Below, piece after piece: positions 59,615-64,000 of a stretch of 64,000 nucleotides of DNA. The DNA is taken from the IMG/VR virus record IMGVR_UViG_3300045015_000053. One strand, written 5' to 3'. How positions within the stretch are numbered: position 1 is the stretch's first letter; the number at the start of each line of letters is the position of its first letter. The notes under the pieces were generated by a model, which did not search any database, had not been told where the DNA came from, and was given only the letters and a program-made list of their open reading frames with translations. This DNA comes from a virus. Its lineage: Duplodnaviria > Caudoviricetes. The position numbers were made by a program, and so were the translations under genes.

Positions 59615-61072
59615 ATGAAGAATTTCATCGACGGCAACTGGACCGATCCGAAGAACGGGGAATCGCTCTCCAAGTTCGACCCCTGTACCGGGAAGGAAGC
59701 CTACAAGGTTCCCAACTCGACGCGAGAAGATGTCGAAGCGGCCGTCTACGCGGCGAAAGCCCGTCAACCCGCTTGGCGGGCGAAGGGCAGGGTTCGTCGG
59801 GCCGAAGTCCTGTCGGACGTGGTCGCCGCCCTGAAGAACAACGTCGATTTGTTCACGAAGCTCATCAGTCTGGAAACCGGCAAGCACCAGAACGAGGCGA
59901 AGGCCGAAGTCCTCGAAAGCCTACACATGCTCGAATACACGGTCGCGCAAGGGCGGGCCGAGTGCGGGCAGTGGCTTCCGTCCGAACTGCCGGAACGCGA
60001 CATCGCGATCATCAGGAAGCCGAAGGGTGTGGTGGGCATCATCAGCCCGTGGAATTTCCCGATGGCAATCGGGGGTTTCTGGTGTGCGGCTCCCGCGTTG
60101 CTCGAAGGTAACGCGGTGGTCTGGAAGCCGAGTGAGAACACGGCACTCGTTGCCGAAGCCGTAGTCAAGATGTACGCGGAGGCGGGTCTTCCGCCCGGTC
60201 TACTCAACCTCGTCCACGGTGGAGGTGTGACCGGCGCGGATCTGGTGAAGGAAGATGTGGACCACATCTGCTTCACCGGCTCACGGGACGTGGGCCAATA
60301 CATCCGCCGCGTGTGCGCTGAAACGTGGGGCAAAACCTGCTCGCTGGAGACTGGGAGCAAGTCTGCCGTCATCGTATTCTCGGACGCCGACGTTGACTTC
60401 GCGGTCAACGCTTGCATTCCAAGCGCATTCAAGACAACCGGCCAGCGGTGCGTTTCCGCTGGCCGGTTGCTCGTACAACGTGATCGGTGGGGCAGTTTCG
60501 TAGACGCCTTCGTCGCCGCCGCCCGAAAGATCACATGGGGCAACCCGTTCCAAGAGAACGCACCGTACTACGGCCCGCTCATCACCGAAAAACAGATGCA
60601 CCGCGTCCTGCGGTACAACCAGATGACCCTGAAGCACGCCCTGCTCGAAGGCAAGTGCGAGGAGATGGACGGCGGCTACTACATGTCGCCGCACATTTAC
60701 AAAGCCGAATGGGACAATCTGGCTCTCGCCGTGCCGCTCCGCGAAGAGGTCTTCGGCCCACACGTCGCCATCATCCCGTTCGACACGGTGGACGAAGCCA
60801 TCAACATCTACAACGACACGCCCTACGGCTTGTCGTTGGGGGTGATTACCCCGGACGCCGTTAAAGCCCGGCAATGTCGTGAAGGGTGCGAGTACGGGAT
60901 GGCCTACTGGAACAACGGGTGTGTCGGTGCGGAGAGCCACGTTCCGTTCGGAGGCGTCAAGGCGAGCGGCTACGGCGGCGCGAGTGCGGCCGGGACGTTC
61001 GACACCACCTCCCACAAAGTTGCGTGGAGCAGCAACTACGGAGAAATCGGGTTCCCGCAAGGTCTGAAGTAA
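59615..61072 (+). CDS. NAD(P)-dependent aldehyde dehydrogenase
   Basis: IISPWNFP, WKPSE, FTGS, LETGSKS, GQRCV, EEVFGP, YGLS, PFGGVK. Confidence 0.93.
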   Translation: MKNFIDGNWTDPKNGESLSKFDPCTGKEAYKVPNSTREDVEAAVYAAKARQPAWRAKGRVRRAEVLSDVVAALKNNVDLFTKLISLETGKHQNEAKAEVLESLHMLEYTVAQGRAECGQWLPSELPERDIAIIRKPKGVVGIISPWNFPMAIGGFWCAAPALLEGNAVVWKPSENTALVAEAVVKMYAEAGLPPGLLNLVHGGGVTGADLVKEDVDHICFTGSRDVGQYIRRVCAETWGKTCSLETGSKSAVIVFSDADVDFAVNACIPSAFKTTGQRCVSAGRLLVQRDRWGSFVDAFVAAARKITWGNPFQENAPYYGPLITEKQMHRVLRYNQMTLKHALLEGKCEEMDGGYYMSPHIYKAEWDNLALAVPLREEVFGPHVAIIPFDTVDEAINIYNDTPYGLSLGVITPDAVKARQCREGCEYGMAYWNNGCVGAESHVPFGGVKASGYGGASAAGTFDTTSHKVAWSSNYGEIGFPQGLK

Positions 61073-61087
61073 ACGGCCGATCAAATT

Positions 61088-61121
61088 AAGAAATCCCGGT
61101 TCGATGACCGGGATTTCTTGT
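61088..61121 (+). terminator. intrinsic terminator-like hairpin
   Basis: 13-bp stem AAGAAATCCCGGT/ACCGGGATTTCTT followed by GTTT. Confidence 0.7.
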
Positions 61122-61184
61122 TTGGTAACTACAATAGGTGTCAGGAGAACCTGAATCTGAAAGACAACAAGAAAAGGATGAGAC

Positions 61185-61565
61185 ATGTCCAAGCACAAGC
61201 CACTGATCACTCTCGAAGGTTCCGACGTTCCGGGCCTCATTCTCGCCAACGGCGAGACGGTGACGAAGAGAATCCTCTCCGTCAACCCCTGCGGCAGTCA
61301 AGTTTTGGTAGAGCTTTTGACTTACAACGAACAGAACCCAAGTACCGTCTTGACGAGCGGCAAGTTCAACAAGGACGAAGCACGTCACGGTTGGGTCCGC
61401 AAGTTGGGGCCGAGTGTGAAGACCGCTGACTGGAACTTCAAGGCGGGCGACCGCGTCCTCATCAACGGCACCGGCACCCCGGTCCCGAAGTTCGGCGACA
61501 GCGACCGCGAGTGGGTGCTGCTTGAGCCGTACACGCTCAAGGCGGTTCTGGAGGAAGGGTACTAA
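61185..61565 (+). CDS. groES: GroES/Cpn10-like co-chaperonin
   Basis: NPCGSQVLVE, GWVRKLGP, KAGDRVL. Confidence 0.65.
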   Translation: MSKHKPLITLEGSDVPGLILANGETVTKRILSVNPCGSQVLVELLTYNEQNPSTVLTSGKFNKDEARHGWVRKLGPSVKTADWNFKAGDRVLINGTGTPVPKFGDSDREWVLLEPYTLKAVLEEGY

Positions 61566-61577
61566 GCACGAGGTCAG

Positions 61578-62645
61578 ATGGACTACTACCAAGTCTTCGA
61601 CCTCCCCAAAACGGCAACACAGGACGAGATCACCAAAAAGTATCGCGTTCTAGCCAAGCAATATCACCCGGACAGAAATCCGGGTGACAAGGCTGCCGAA
61701 GACAAATTCAAAGAAATCAGTGCGGCATATGACGTGATCGGCGACCCGGAGAAGCGTTCCTTCTACGATGCGCACGGTCACGCACCCGGCCGACGTTCAG
61801 CACCGCCCCCGCCACGACCCAGTACCGTTCAGGCTTCGGACTTCTACAAGTCCGTGTTCAACACGTTCTTCGGCGGGGACGTGAGCGGCCGGCACGTCCA
61901 AGTCCGGCTCGAAATCGATCTCGAAGACACACTCAAAGACATCGTCAGAAACGTCACATACTCCAAACGCAAAACGTGTCCGACGTGTCGCGGGTGCGGG
62001 GCTTCTTCGTTCAAGCCGTGCGGCCACTGCCTCGGCAGCGGCCAAGTCACCAAGACCGAAAACCCGCCGTTCGTTTTCACCGGCCCGTGTCCGCACTGCC
62101 AGGGACAGGGCAAGACCGACGCCGTTAGGTGCGGGGACTGTAGCGGCAGTGGCTACAGTCTGATCAAGGACTGCAACATCGACGTGAAGATCCCGGCCGG
62201 TATCGATCAAGGCATGCAGGTCAGGGTTCGCGGCGCGGGCGAGGCCGGCTCTCCGGGCGAACCGCCCGGAGATCTGTTCGTCGTGGTGTTGATCAAGAAG
62301 CACGAGTTCTTCTCGCGAGAAGGGGCCAATCTCACCATCGAGATCCCGGTCAGTTATTCCACTTTGGTAGCCGGCGGCGAGATCCTGATCCCCACACTCG
62401 ACAAGACCTTCATGAGTGTGAAGGTTCCTCCCGGCACTCAGAACGGCACCCGGTTCCGTCTCAAAGGACGCGGGATGCCCGACATTCAGAAGCCCAAGAA
62501 CACCGGCGACATTCTCGCGTCGGTCAAGTTGGAAGTTCCGCAGGGCGTGGACGACGAGTACAAAGAACTGATCGAGAAGCTGAGAGAGGTCGAGGCCAAG
62601 AACCCGTCGCCGAGGGTGAAAGCATATTCGGATCGCGTCAAGTGA
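61578..62645 (+). CDS. dnaJ: DnaJ (J-domain with HPD, CxxCxGxG zinc fingers, C-terminal domain)
   Basis: DYYQVF, YHPDRN, four CxxCxGxG repeats, IPAGIDQG, GDLFV, IPTLD. Confidence 0.95.
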   Translation: MDYYQVFDLPKTATQDEITKKYRVLAKQYHPDRNPGDKAAEDKFKEISAAYDVIGDPEKRSFYDAHGHAPGRRSAPPPPRPSTVQASDFYKSVFNTFFGGDVSGRHVQVRLEIDLEDTLKDIVRNVTYSKRKTCPTCRGCGASSFKPCGHCLGSGQVTKTENPPFVFTGPCPHCQGQGKTDAVRCGDCSGSGYSLIKDCNIDVKIPAGIDQGMQVRVRGAGEAGSPGEPPGDLFVVVLIKKHEFFSREGANLTIEIPVSYSTLVAGGEILIPTLDKTFMSVKVPPGTQNGTRFRLKGRGMPDIQKPKNTGDILASVKLEVPQGVDDEYKELIEKLREVEAKNPSPRVKAYSDRVK

Positions 62646-63003
62646 TGTGGCAGGACTGAACTTTCGACGGCATCTTGCTCCTGTCGGTGGGGTTCCTCTG
62701 GAACACCACCGTCGCCGTTTTACCGAGTCCCGGTGATCCCTTGATCCGGCGGAACTGGTCCCATGTGAAGAACAGTTGTGTGCCGTCCTCCATCTGCATC
62801 ATGATGGGATTTTTGTCTTTGATAAGGAGTGCGATTTTACCGACTTTTGTTAGACTGGGAAGTGCCAGATCCATGCTCGGTAGGGTGACCGGCTGACTCA
62901 TCATGTTGTCGGGCTGTTCGCTCCCGGTCCAGTTCGACGGCAATATCGCCGCAGAACCGCCGTTGAGATACTCCATTAGTGTCACGAAGCCTTTGAAGTT
63001 CAT
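62638..63003 (-). CDS. hypothetical protein with a capsid-targeting-like N-terminus
   Basis: MNFKGFVTLMEYL; TAAATA 7 nt upstream. Confidence 0.6.
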   Translation of the reverse strand: MNFKGFVTLMEYLNGGSAAILPSNWTGSEQPDNMMSQPVTLPSMDLALPSLTKVGKIALLIKDKNPIMMQMEDGTQLFFTWDQFRRIKGSPGLGKTATVVFQRNPTDRSKMPSKVQSCHIT

Positions 63004-63025
63004 ACTCTGGTATTTAGGAGCCGAC

Positions 63026-63304
63026 ATGAAGCTTTCGGTCAAATCCTGCAATCTGATCGCCGTGAGCGTTGCCGTCGAAACCGATTCGGGCGTTACGATT
63101 ACCGTTCCGGTTTTTTACGACCCGCTTAACCAAGAGGTCATCTTCGTGGACGACAACGCCGCGTGGAACCATGAAGAGTTTTCCGCAGCGATCAGGGACT
63201 ATATGAAGAGTGCGGCGAGCGAAACCTCGATCCCCGTCAACGAAGAAACGTGGAGCCAAATCCGCACCCTGAAAGCCCTCGCCAAACCACCTTCAAAGAA
63301 GTGA
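63026..63304 (+). CDS. hypothetical protein
   Basis: AGGAG RBS, 92 aa. Confidence 0.65.
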   Translation: MKLSVKSCNLIAVSVAVETDSGVTITVPVFYDPLNQEVIFVDDNAAWNHEEFSAAIRDYMKSAASETSIPVNEETWSQIRTLKALAKPPSKK

Positions 63305-63307
63305 CCA

Positions 63308-63925
63308 ATGCCGCAAGCAGAGAAAGCAATCTTCAGTGTCGTCAACCTCACGGACGCCAACAAGAGCCTGTCCGAGCGTGAAAAGAAGCTCCGAAAGTCT
63401 TGCAATTTGAACCCGATCACGCTGAAGCATGTGATCGATTACATCAACTTGCAGGACATCTCGGCCGAATTGAAAGACGTGTTGCGGAAGAAGGCCAGTC
63501 GTTACCCCAACCAAGCGTTGCAGCAGTTCGTGGACAATTTCAAAAAGACTTTGGCCGTCGAACACCGCAAACTCTACAAGGGCTATGTCATTCCGACATC
63601 AGATCAGACAAAACCGGATTCGGCCGAAGTCGTCAAGCCGATACGCCGCGCCCCCGAACCTAAGCCGACGATCAAGCCGAAGAAAATTGTGGTCGAAGAA
63701 ATCGTGACGGCCCCGGTTGCACCCGAACCCATTCCCGAACCCGAAAAGAGGCCGGTTGAAGATCCGTTCGATGTTGGCGTTGAACTGCCGTTCCCGACCG
63801 AGATAAAATTTGCTGAAATGCCGCCGCCGAATCCGGCACTCAGACCGCCCATGCCGCCTGCCCCGCCCGCGAGCAAGAAATTCGTTCCGTTTTCGGCCAC
63901 CCTTAACCCGGAGGACTTCGAGTGA
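63308..63925 (+). CDS. hypothetical protein with a Pro-rich C-terminus
   Basis: 205 aa. Confidence 0.7.
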   Translation: MPQAEKAIFSVVNLTDANKSLSEREKKLRKSCNLNPITLKHVIDYINLQDISAELKDVLRKKASRYPNQALQQFVDNFKKTLAVEHRKLYKGYVIPTSDQTKPDSAEVVKPIRRAPEPKPTIKPKKIVVEEIVTAPVAPEPIPEPEKRPVEDPFDVGVELPFPTEIKFAEMPPPNPALRPPMPPAPPASKKFVPFSATLNPEDFE

Positions 63926-64000
63926 ATGTTCCCGTCAAGATCATCGCGGTTTCGGATCGCTACATCCCGCAGTACAAGACCGAAGGTGCCGCTTGCGCCG
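63922..64000 (+). CDS. dut: probable dUTPase, 5' fragment (runs off the window)
   Basis: GGAGG RBS plus GTG; MNVPVKII...IPQYKTEGAACA resembles the start of dUTPase motif 1. Confidence 0.55.
   Translation, partial: MNVPVKIIAVSDRYIPQYKTEGAACA

Noticed and set aside
1-64000. Genome-wide TAG reassignment (alternative genetic code)
   Set aside because: Well-conserved genes (hldE, the small HNH, others) end naturally at TAG, and only one internal TAG was found.
1-64000. Interpretation as a bacterial chromosome segment
   Set aside because: Housekeeping-type genes are orphans without their universal operon partners and are mixed with phage-type genes and many short ORFans. This is disfavoured rather than disproved, since no capsid or terminase gene is in the window.

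Overview
Gene-dense, roughly 57% GC (estimated by eye) segment that reads as part of a very large (jumbo/huge) tailed-phage genome rather than a cellular chromosome. The basis is inference. Host-type genes appear as orphans: infC without rpmI-rplT, rpsU without dnaG, def without fmt, groES without groEL, dnaJ without dnaK, and ssrA without smpB. They sit among a UvsX-like RecA, a gp4/TnsA-like nuclease, ThyX, a dNMP kinase, HNH endonucleases, a dnaE split in two and many short hypothetical ORFs. No capsid, portal or terminase gene lies in the window, so the phage call cannot be proven here. Secreted low-complexity and CxxCH proteins suggest a Planctomycetota-type host (inference). Highlights: (1) dnaE is split without inteins, and the two halves overlap in a duplicated, degenerate palm segment. 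(2) In three places an inserted ORF is flanked by a recoded duplicate of a neighbouring gene end. (3) At least 7 small ORFs have T4 capsid-targeting-like N-termini, most of them behind a TANATA box. (4) Poly-Ser/Cys-rich genes are coupled to a GT9-like glycosyltransferase/double-methyltransferase fusion, and one has a lone in-frame TAG. (5) A six-gene secreted operon encodes two heme-c proteins, a papain-like protease and an amyloid-like repeat protein. (6) There is a canonical -1 frameshift signal. (7) There is a promoter-to-terminator structured sRNA candidate. (8) The window also has a tmRNA, a complete prkA-yeaH-spoVR triad, and a TPP decarboxylase plus aldehyde dehydrogenase. No CRISPR array, tRNA, rRNA or reverse transcriptase was seen.
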